A stretch of DNA of 64,000 nt, taken from an uncultured Cytophagales bacterium (lineage in GTDB: Bacteria; Bacteroidota; Bacteroidia; Cytophagales; Amoebophilaceae). Position 1 is the stretch's first letter; each line of letters starts with the position of its first letter. Shown here piece after piece: positions 56,101 through 63,241 of the stretch. The notes beneath the pieces are model-generated. The model saw nothing but the letters and a program-made list of their open reading frames with translations, ran no database searches and was not told the origin of the DNA. The DNA is taken from positions 8,654-72,653 of the forward strand of contig CAMNOX010000005.1 in the NCBI GenBank assembly GCA_946547305.1, read 5' to 3'. The position numbers and the translations under genes are program-made.

Positions 56101-56345
56101 TAGAGGATTTGGATGAAATGAAGTTTCCAGAATATGATTCAAAATACTTAATTGAAGATACAGTTGAGTATCCAGTAATGATAAATGGTAGGATTAGGGC
56201 TAAAATTAATATTAGTAAGGAGTCTTCTGATGATAAAATCAAGGATATTGTTTTGTGTAATGAGATTGTAAAAAGGTGGTTAGATGCGCGAAATATAAAG
56301 AAATTTTTAATAATTAGAGATAAGATTGTGAGTATCGTTGTGTAG
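53184..56345 (+). CDS. leuS: leucine--tRNA ligase with an inserted Nudix-like domain and a short N-terminus
   Basis: 1053 aa. MFPYPSGEGLHVGH (HIGH), the CP1 editing motif TSRPETIFG, RQRYWGEPIP, GGAEHAVGHLLYSRF and KMSKSK. Confidence 0.95.
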   Translation: MGEKKKFYVLNMFPYPSGEGLHVGHLLGYVASDIFARYKKMKGYSVINPIGFDSFGLPAEQFAILTGQHPSVTTDKNTAHYIEQMKNVDLDFDWERTIRTSDPSYYKWTQWIFIQMFNSFYCKKDNKAHNIKDLYTYFSQNGTANIRDYAFFKDSIYAFTAEQWNDFSDDKKYKISLDYRIAYLDDIEVNWCEELKTVLANDEVKNGVSERGGYPVTKRKMRQWVLRITAFADRLLQDLDYYYERLDNVRNRSIEFTEEDILGNDLSFEKLFDFGIKEGLPVFKSNIILVVIKHWSENKYLILRYTIDNSTGFLTGKIEEGETSLDALKREIREETGFINIRRIEFVCKTRCTLYVHRKNVNASSNTINYYVELENDQQVPISDEEKSKQTYFFVDEADVAQYLEDEDFVYIFDKVRSNIRRCELNWPESTKEMQRNWIGKSEGAQIRFKVDGVDYSITIFTSRPETIFGVTFIAISKDNDFVKMYCNDLDICSVKEDVDVKIGVNTGYFAINPINNKRIPIWIANYVLSDYGTGAIMGVPQLDDRDKDFADKYNIIVKNIFNDGCFINSDFLNGLDVEDGRKRILDKIEELKIGNKKTIYKLRDAIFSRQRYWGEPIPVYYKSVNIDGEFVDLPFTVSECDLPLKLPDIDRFEPTGHAPLKRAKNWEYKGNNLEVNTMPGWAGSSWYFLRYLDPKNDSEIVSKDKLKEFGSVDLYSGGAEHAVGHLLYSRFYTKFLNDLGYIDFEEPFKKLIHQGMILGESAIIYRNSNNEFVSSDIKGDNNLTPIHINVKFVDMDNNVDINELRNWRDDFRNARFFCNKGNKFVCDRIVEKMSKSKYNVINPDDVIDKYDSDVLRMYLMFLGPIDQQKPWSTKNIEGISRFLRKVNNCVNKVVDKKSEDNELKLINRCIKNVEDDIENYLFNTAISSMMICLNGLCDLEYISLDVFKSYLLLLKSFATQTVKNIWPKLFKVEDLDEMKFPEYDSKYLIEDTVEYPVMINGRIRAKINISKESSDDKIKDIVLCNEIVKRWLDARNIKKFLIIRDKIVSIVV
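53904..54461 (+). other. ~186-codon in-frame insertion in leuS containing a complete Nudix box (nt 54129-54197)
   Basis: G316 KIEEG E TSLDALK RE I R EE T G F338 fits GX5EX7REUXEEXGU at every defined position. The flanks (...ADRLLQDLD | ...NWPESTKEMQRNWIGKSEG) are adjacent in ordinary LeuRS. Confidence 0.8.
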
Positions 56346-56395
56346 GAATTTGTTTTTTTATAAAAGAATTTTTATGTTTTTAATTAACAATAAAT

Positions 56396-57688
56396 ATGTT
56401 TGTTTTTTATTTGGTTATCTTGAATATTGTTTTTAGTGGCAATTATTTATATTGTAGAAACTGTTGTGAATCTTGTAAATGTTGTTGTTGTACTAAAATT
56501 GGGCCAAATGGTCCAGGTAGTCTAAAAGGTAAACCTACAAAACGCAAACCTAAAAATGATATTAAGGTATTACAATGCTCGACCTACGACCATGATACAT
56601 TGCAACGTGAGTTTTGCTTTCAAAATTACTCGTTTTTACAAAAAGATAATGCATGTTGGTTAACAAGTTATTTATTATCAGCCTTTAATATTCCTTTTTT
56701 CCAAAACGCTATAAAAAATTACATATATGATGGTAAGCAAGAGCATTATTATCTAAAAATAATTCAAGATTTATTTAATGACATGCAAACTAAGCAAGGA
56801 GTTTATGATGTTGATTTCGATAAATATTATAGAAGGTTTATTGAGGATGGAAAAATAAATCATAAAGAATTTTATAAGCCACAGGATCATGGAGGTTTTT
56901 CTAATGATCCTAATTTTATGCATTTGTATATACTAAAAGACGTTCCTTTTTGTTGTTACTTTGACTTTTATTTGGTTTCCCTTTGTCAAGTTGCTACAAA
57001 TTTGTTATCTAATGATGTTTTATTTAAAAAACAACTTAATGAGTTTCTTCAATATTCACCACCGTTATATATTCTTAATATTGTATTAAACAACATTATC
57101 TCTAACTACCTTTCAAAGAATGGCACTCCTGAATATATTATTAATGATTCTGATGATAAAAATTTAAAAGAAATATATATAACTTTTACTGATCCATTAT
57201 TTTTTGTTCCAAAGCGAAAAGGCGATAAGCCTAAATATGGTGTTCCGATAGAAGGGAGATATAGAAATCTTATTTTATTAGCGGAAAAGGATATAGTAGA
57301 AGAGTTCAAGGAGTTGGGAAAGTACTTTATGAAAGAAGGTCGTAAATTTTTTAAAAGTAGTAAAAATGGTTCTATTAGCGATTTTTTTGCTGAGATGAAG
57401 CAGAAAATGGATAGATATACATATGAGTTAAACGCTGTGATTTGTGGTGGCCTTCATGTTATATCAGTTGTAAAGGATAATAAAAATAATAAGACTTATG
57501 ATTTACATGCATCTTATGAATGTGATGGTCTGTTTTCTAGAGAAATTCCTAATGATTTTTTAGATCCAGAGAATTTTTGTTTTCTTGAAAATACAACTTG
57601 TAAAAAATGTAAGAATGGTAATTGTAATTTAAATCATTATTCTCACGCTTGTGTTTTTTTTGTATCTGTTTATAGGAAAAACAATTAA
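56396..57688 (+). CDS. USP (peptidase C19)-like cysteine protease / deubiquitinase candidate with a Cys-rich leader
   Basis: 430 aa. The leader ends NYLYCRNCCESCKCCCCTK. The Cys-box-like sequence is NACWLTSYLLSAF (Cys87, nt 56654-56656). The His-box-like sequence is YELNAVICGGLHVISVVKD (His354, nt 57455-57457). Confidence 0.55.
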   Translation: MFVFYLVILNIVFSGNYLYCRNCCESCKCCCCTKIGPNGPGSLKGKPTKRKPKNDIKVLQCSTYDHDTLQREFCFQNYSFLQKDNACWLTSYLLSAFNIPFFQNAIKNYIYDGKQEHYYLKIIQDLFNDMQTKQGVYDVDFDKYYRRFIEDGKINHKEFYKPQDHGGFSNDPNFMHLYILKDVPFCCYFDFYLVSLCQVATNLLSNDVLFKKQLNEFLQYSPPLYILNIVLNNIISNYLSKNGTPEYIINDSDDKNLKEIYITFTDPLFFVPKRKGDKPKYGVPIEGRYRNLILLAEKDIVEEFKELGKYFMKEGRKFFKSSKNGSISDFFAEMKQKMDRYTYELNAVICGGLHVISVVKDNKNNKTYDLHASYECDGLFSREIPNDFLDPENFCFLENTTCKKCKNGNCNLNHYSHACVFFVSVYRKNN

Positions 57689-57812
57689 AATAAGCTTAGA
57701 TTTTTAATACTAATATTTAAGATAGAAAGCATAATTATTTATTGTGGATGTTTTTAATTGTAAAAAAACAGTAAAATTTTGTTTTTTTAAAAAATATATT
57801 ATCTGAGATAGC

Positions 57813-58700
57813 ATGTTTTGTTGTTTTAATAAACCTAGAAGGTTAGGCAGAGGTATGGTTATTTCGTGGTTAATTTTATTTTGTATTCCGTATGTTGTTA
57901 GTGGAATGGAAAAGATTAATTTCAACGAGAAGGTTAATAAAAATAATTCTTTTTATATAGGTGGTACTTCAGAAGTTGTTTGTGTTAAGGATTTAGATAG
58001 TTTAATACATAAAGAGAATAATGCGTCGGTCTGTATGTTAGCTGAGGGTGTAACGTTTAAGGATATTTACAGACCCAACTTACATACAGAGCTTTTTGAA
58101 AAAGATGTCTTGATTGAATTCGTTAGTTCTGATTTAAAAAAAATTGAGGATTATTTTTATTTAGTGAACTGTATTCAGACAAATACAGATTGTCTTAATT
58201 TTATGTGTAATGAAGAAACTTTTGATAAAATATTTAAAAATTTTCTAAAAATAATTGGTGAAGTATTTGAAGGTGATGAGATAAAACAGAATGATAAATC
58301 GTCAGATTCAAATACTAATTATGGTTTTTTGTCAAAAGTGATTTGCGATATTATAAAAAAGACTTTGGTTGAAAATTATTTTGGAAATTATGTTAGTAGC
58401 AGTGTAGGCAATATTAGGAGTAAATATAACAAAATTTATGAACAAATTGAGAAAACTTATAAAGAGGATTTAGGTTCATGTAATAAATATTTTAATGATT
58501 TTGGGATAGATATAGTATCTAAATTGCGTGGTGTCAAATTGGTTGATTTTTATAGTTATATTATAGTTGAGTCGTTTAATCTTTTTATTAATGGTGTAAA
58601 TGGAAGAAAAATTAAAAAGGATGATCTTGAAGATATTTTAAAGAGTTTGTATTTGGATAAAATTAGGCTAAGATATATAGATATTTGTGCTATTTTATGA
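57813..58700 (+). CDS. hypothetical protein with an LRR-family-type leader (…VVSGMEKINFNEKVNKNN); possibly the detached 5' part of the next gene
   Basis: 295 aa. It begins MFCCFNKPRRLGRG, followed by a hydrophobic segment. The leader resembles those of 61732 and 63242 (…INGMES.N.K..YN). It overlaps the next ORF by 14 nt in another frame. Confidence 0.5.
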   Translation: MFCCFNKPRRLGRGMVISWLILFCIPYVVSGMEKINFNEKVNKNNSFYIGGTSEVVCVKDLDSLIHKENNASVCMLAEGVTFKDIYRPNLHTELFEKDVLIEFVSSDLKKIEDYFYLVNCIQTNTDCLNFMCNEETFDKIFKNFLKIIGEVFEGDEIKQNDKSSDSNTNYGFLSKVICDIIKKTLVENYFGNYVSSSVGNIRSKYNKIYEQIEKTYKEDLGSCNKYFNDFGIDIVSKLRGVKLVDFYSYIIVESFNLFINGVNGRKIKKDDLEDILKSLYLDKIRLRYIDICAIL

Positions 58701-61551
58701 AGATATTTTTAGGTTGGCCGGTATAGAAAAATATGAAAATTCTGAATCGTGTGGTGAAGGAAATAAAGGTCTGTTTTTCTATGATTTGCTTTTTAAATAT
58801 TTGAGAAAGGAAGTATATATGAAGATTAATTATCGTAAGAGTTCGTGTCAAAAGGAGCAGAATATATTTTCAGAAGATTTTGTTAAAAGAAATCATGGCA
58901 ATGCTTATATACGTATTGATGGTGCAGTAAAAGAATTATGTAGTCAAATTAAAGTGGATAAATATAATGAAGATATAGAATTGTCGCTTGTGTTGAAAGG
59001 ATGTGCTGATATAAATTTATCAGATATGTTTAGAGGATGTTCGCTTTTATATCGTGTTGAATGTTCTAATGGTTTTTTTGATAATGTTACCAGTATGCAG
59101 TCTATGTTTTATAAATGTGGATTATTAAAATCATTACCAGATATATCTAAATGGAATACTGGTAAGGTTACTAATATGAGTAAAATGTTTGATGGATGTA
59201 ATTTATTATCAACATTGCCAGACATATCTAAATGGTATACTAGTAATGTTACTAATATGTGTGGTATGTTTGATGGATGTGAATTATTAACATCATTACC
59301 AGATATATCTATGTGGGATACTAGTAATGTTAAAGATATGAGTTATATGTTTAAAGGATGTGAGAAATTATCATCATTACCAGATATATCTAAATGGAAT
59401 ACTAGTAATGTTACTGATATGAGTGGTATGTTTAGTGGATGTAAATTATTAAAAGTATTACCAGATATATCTAAATGTAATACTGTTAGTGTTACTAATA
59501 TGAGTTATATGTTTAAAGGATGTGAGAAATTATCATCATTACCAGATATATCTAAATGGAATACTAGTAATGTTACTGATATGAGTTATATGTTTTATGA
59601 ATGTAAAAAATTAACATCATTGCCAGATATATCTAAATGGAATACTAGTAATGTTACTAATATGAGTTATATGTTTAGAAATTGTAGTAAATTAACCTCA
59701 TTACCAGATATATCTAAATGGAATACTTGTAAGGTTTCTAATATGAATAATATGTTTTTTGAATGTGTATCATTATTATCCTTACCAGATATATCTAAAT
59801 GGAATACTGGTGATGTTAAATATATGGCTTCTGTGTTCAGTGTATGTAGAGGATTAACATCGTTACCAGATATATCTAAGTGGGATACTAGTAATGTTAC
59901 TGATATGAGTTATATGTTTAGAGAATGTTCGTCATTAAGATCATTATCAGATATATCTAAATGGAATACTAGTAAGGTTACTAATATGAGTAATATGTTT
60001 AATGGATGTGAGGAATTAACATCATTACCAGATATATCTAAATGGAATACTAGTAGTGTTACTGATATGAGTAATATGTTTAATGAGTGTATGTCATTAT
60101 CATCATTACCAGATATATCTAAATGGAATACTAGTAAGGTTAAAAATATGAGTAATATGTTTTATAATTGTATATCATTAACATCATTACCAGATATATC
60201 TAAATGGAATACTAGTAATGTTACTAAGATGAGTAATATGTTTGAAGGATGTGAGGCATTAGAATTATTACCTGATTTATCTAGATGGAATATTAGTAAT
60301 GTTTTGAGCGTTGGTAATAGTCTTACTTGTGATGGTGCTGGTATGCAAAGAATGTTTAATGGTTGTTTATCGCTATTGGCCCCATGCATTGATAGTAGGT
60401 TAAGGTGTATTAGGATGTGTAATTTTTATCTTAACAATTCGTGTCCTTATTATTTCAAAGCGAGAAAATATAATAATTTTAAGGATGTGTATGAAATAGG
60501 TAAATCGTATGGTAGTATGGATGGCTTTATAGCTTTCTTAGATATTTCGTATAAGGTCCATGAATTAGGTGTTGTAATTAAATTATTTTCCGAGCGTTTT
60601 TTCTATAAAAATTGTTTAAAATGTCTTGACTCTGCATTTTATGAAGATTGTAAAAAAGTTGGTTCTGGAAATGTTTTTGTTCTTACTAATAAATGTGAAG
60701 AGGAATATAATTTTATTCATCTTTATGAACGTTGGGATGAATCGTTTCGTGTTAAAATTTGTAAAAAGAAAGATAGTAATGGAGATTTTATTATTTCTGT
60801 AAAGTTATTAAGGGACGCAAATATGTGTGCTATTGATTTGTCAGAGTTGTTTATGGGGTGTTCATATTTATATAGTGTTGAATTTCTTGGGGACCCTATT
60901 GAGGTTACTGGTATGCATTCTGTGTTTAATGGATGTAGTAGTTTAGTATCAGTTAAAGGTATGTATAAATGTATGACTAAAGAAGTTAAAAATATGAGTG
61001 CTATGTTTAATATGTGTTCATCATTAACATCATTACCAGATATATCTAAATGGAATACTAATAATGTTATTTTTTTGAATCATATGTTCAATAGATGTAA
61101 AGCATTAACATCATTACCAGATATATCTGGATGGAATACTAGTAATGTTATTACTACGTGTTGTATGTTTTATAATTGTTCAAAATTAATATCATTACCA
61201 GATATATCTAAATGGAATACTAGTAATGTTGAATATATAGGTGGAATGTTCGTTGGTTGTTCATCATTATTATCATTGCCAGATATATCTAAATGGGATA
61301 CTAGAAAAGTTAGGAATATTGGTTATGTGTTTGCTATATGTAGGTCATTAACTACTTTACCAGATATATCTAAATGGAATACTAGTAAAGTCACTGATAT
61401 GAGTTATATGTTTTACGGGTGTTCTTCATTATCAAAATTACCAGATATATCTAAATGGAATACTAGTAATGTTATTGAGATGTGTGATATGTTTAGTGGA
61501 TGTATTCAATTGATAATATCAAAGGGAGTACGAGAGAAATTTAATAAATAA
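58687..61551 (+). CDS. DUF285/BspA-like leucine-rich-repeat protein with two repeat blocks
   Basis: 954 aa, with a GTG start in the track and an alternative ATG at 58819. It has about 15 plus about 6 copies of the LPDISKWNTSNVT.MS.MF..C..L.S unit. A head-like module (…LSDMFRGCSLLY / …LSELFMGCSYLY) recurs before each block. Confidence 0.8.
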   Translation: MLFYEDIFRLAGIEKYENSESCGEGNKGLFFYDLLFKYLRKEVYMKINYRKSSCQKEQNIFSEDFVKRNHGNAYIRIDGAVKELCSQIKVDKYNEDIELSLVLKGCADINLSDMFRGCSLLYRVECSNGFFDNVTSMQSMFYKCGLLKSLPDISKWNTGKVTNMSKMFDGCNLLSTLPDISKWYTSNVTNMCGMFDGCELLTSLPDISMWDTSNVKDMSYMFKGCEKLSSLPDISKWNTSNVTDMSGMFSGCKLLKVLPDISKCNTVSVTNMSYMFKGCEKLSSLPDISKWNTSNVTDMSYMFYECKKLTSLPDISKWNTSNVTNMSYMFRNCSKLTSLPDISKWNTCKVSNMNNMFFECVSLLSLPDISKWNTGDVKYMASVFSVCRGLTSLPDISKWDTSNVTDMSYMFRECSSLRSLSDISKWNTSKVTNMSNMFNGCEELTSLPDISKWNTSSVTDMSNMFNECMSLSSLPDISKWNTSKVKNMSNMFYNCISLTSLPDISKWNTSNVTKMSNMFEGCEALELLPDLSRWNISNVLSVGNSLTCDGAGMQRMFNGCLSLLAPCIDSRLRCIRMCNFYLNNSCPYYFKARKYNNFKDVYEIGKSYGSMDGFIAFLDISYKVHELGVVIKLFSERFFYKNCLKCLDSAFYEDCKKVGSGNVFVLTNKCEEEYNFIHLYERWDESFRVKICKKKDSNGDFIISVKLLRDANMCAIDLSELFMGCSYLYSVEFLGDPIEVTGMHSVFNGCSSLVSVKGMYKCMTKEVKNMSAMFNMCSSLTSLPDISKWNTNNVIFLNHMFNRCKALTSLPDISGWNTSNVITTCCMFYNCSKLISLPDISKWNTSNVEYIGGMFVGCSSLLSLPDISKWDTRKVRNIGYVFAICRSLTTLPDISKWNTSKVTDMSYMFYGCSSLSKLPDISKWNTSNVIEMCDMFSGCIQLIISKGVREKFNK
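59137..60300 (+). repeat. 81-nt (27-codon) tandem coding repeat array, block 1
   Basis: The ccagatatatctaaatgg anchors recur at 59137, 59218, 59299, and so on (period 81). Confidence 0.9.
61036..61500 (+). repeat. 81-nt tandem coding repeat array, block 2
   Basis: The same anchor recurs from 61036 to 61441. Confidence 0.9.
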
Positions 61552-61647
61552 TATTTTTGTAGTTTCAAGTTTTGTTATTTGGTATTTGTATTGGCTTTAT
61601 AGGTTTCTATATTGGTGTAGTTTTTGTTTTGGTACATTTAGTTCATT

Positions 61648-63039
61648 TTGAGTGTAGATGGTAGAATAAATTTTAGTATATTGTTTTTATTAAAAATTAT
61701 ATTAAATACAATTATGTTTTGTGTTAGTTATATGTTTAGCTATATGAGGAATATTATATTTGGATTAATAAAGTTTGGAATGATTTTGTCAATGAGTTTT
61801 TCATTAATTAATGGTATGGAGAGTAATAAGAATGTTAAAAGTAGCTATAATAACGTTGATAAGGTTGTAAAAGCGAAATATGAATTGAGTGAAGGTGTAA
61901 ATAATATAAATATACTTGGTAGTGTGTTTGTTAAGAATAATAAGGATAATTTTAATATGTATGTAAATGGTAAGGAGCGTGAGTTGTGTGAGTACGTTAG
62001 TGTCAATGATGTTAATGCTGATAGTAATAATCTTGCCGTCAGTTTGTCTTATAAATATGGAAGGAATACTAATATTGACAATTTGTCATGTATGTTTTGG
62101 ATGTGTAGTGGTGTGAAGTATGTTAAATTCTCTGGTAAGTTTAATACTATTAATGTTACTAATATGATGGGCATGTTTTATGGGTGTTCTTCATTATCAT
62201 CATTACCAGATATATCTAAATGGAATACTAGTAATGTTATTGAAATGACTGGTATGTTTGCAGGATGTTCATCGTTAATATCATTACCAGATATATCTAA
62301 ATGGAATACTAGTAATGTTATAAATATGAGTTATATGTTTGAAGGATGTTGGTCATTATCATTATTACCAGATATATCTAAATGGAATACTAGTAGAGTT
62401 ACTAATATGAGTAGTATGTTTGCAGGATGTTCATCGTTAATATCATTACCAGATATATCTAAATGGAATACTAGTAATGTTATAAATATGAGTTATATGT
62501 TTGAAGGATGTTGGTCATTATCATTATTACCAGATATATCTAAATGGAATACTAGTAATGTTACCCATATGAGTTATATGTTTAATAGATGTTCATCATT
62601 AGTATCATTACCAGATATATCTAAATGGAATATTAGTAATGTTAGAAATGTGAATAGTATGTTTTATGGATGTTCATCATTATCATTATTACCAGATATA
62701 TCTAAATGGAATACTAGTATGGTTACTGATATGTGTCATATGTTTTTTAATTGTTCATCATTAGTAACATTCCCAGATGTATCTAAATGGAACACTAGTA
62801 ATGTTATTAGTACGTCTGGTATGTTTGAAGAATGTTCATCGTTATCATCCTTACCAGATATATCTAAATGGGATGCTAGGTATATTGGTGACATGGATAA
62901 TATGTTTTATGGGTGTTCATCATTATTATCTTTACCAGATACATCTGTATGGTTTATTAGAGGTCTTGAATATATGTATGAGATGTTTGATGTGTGTAAT
63001 TTTTTGATATTGCAGGGTATGGAAAAATTTAATAAATGA
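61648..63039 (+). CDS. DUF285/BspA-like leucine-rich-repeat protein with signal peptide
   Basis: 463 aa in the track. The likely start is ATG 61714 or 61732 (MFSYMRNIIFGLIKFGMILSMSFSLING). A head domain (KYELSEGVNNINILGSVFVKNNKDNFNMYVNGKEREL) is followed by about 10 repeat units. Confidence 0.8.
   Translation: MSVDGRINFSILFLLKIILNTIMFCVSYMFSYMRNIIFGLIKFGMILSMSFSLINGMESNKNVKSSYNNVDKVVKAKYELSEGVNNINILGSVFVKNNKDNFNMYVNGKERELCEYVSVNDVNADSNNLAVSLSYKYGRNTNIDNLSCMFWMCSGVKYVKFSGKFNTINVTNMMGMFYGCSSLSSLPDISKWNTSNVIEMTGMFAGCSSLISLPDISKWNTSNVINMSYMFEGCWSLSLLPDISKWNTSRVTNMSSMFAGCSSLISLPDISKWNTSNVINMSYMFEGCWSLSLLPDISKWNTSNVTHMSYMFNRCSSLVSLPDISKWNISNVRNVNSMFYGCSSLSLLPDISKWNTSMVTDMCHMFFNCSSLVTFPDVSKWNTSNVISTSGMFEECSSLSSLPDISKWDARYIGDMDNMFYGCSSLLSLPDTSVWFIRGLEYMYEMFDVCNFLILQGMEKFNK
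62206..62960 (+). repeat. 81-nt tandem coding repeat array
   Basis: Anchors at 62206, 62287, and so on. The array includes the exact duplicate pair 62254-62395 = 62416-62557. Confidence 0.9.
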
Positions 63040-63241
63040 TATTTTTGAGTCGTTCGTTTTTGATTTTAAATTATAGTTTTAGGCTAGTATTTGTTTTTAA
63101 ATTTATTTTAATTTTTGTCAGTCGAGATAGTATTTGTTTTTTAATTTTGTTTAGATTCTTGGGTTGTAGAATTGAAATAATTAGTAGTATATTGTTTTTA
63201 TTAAAAAATATATTAAGTAAGTTATATTTTGTGTTAGTCCT

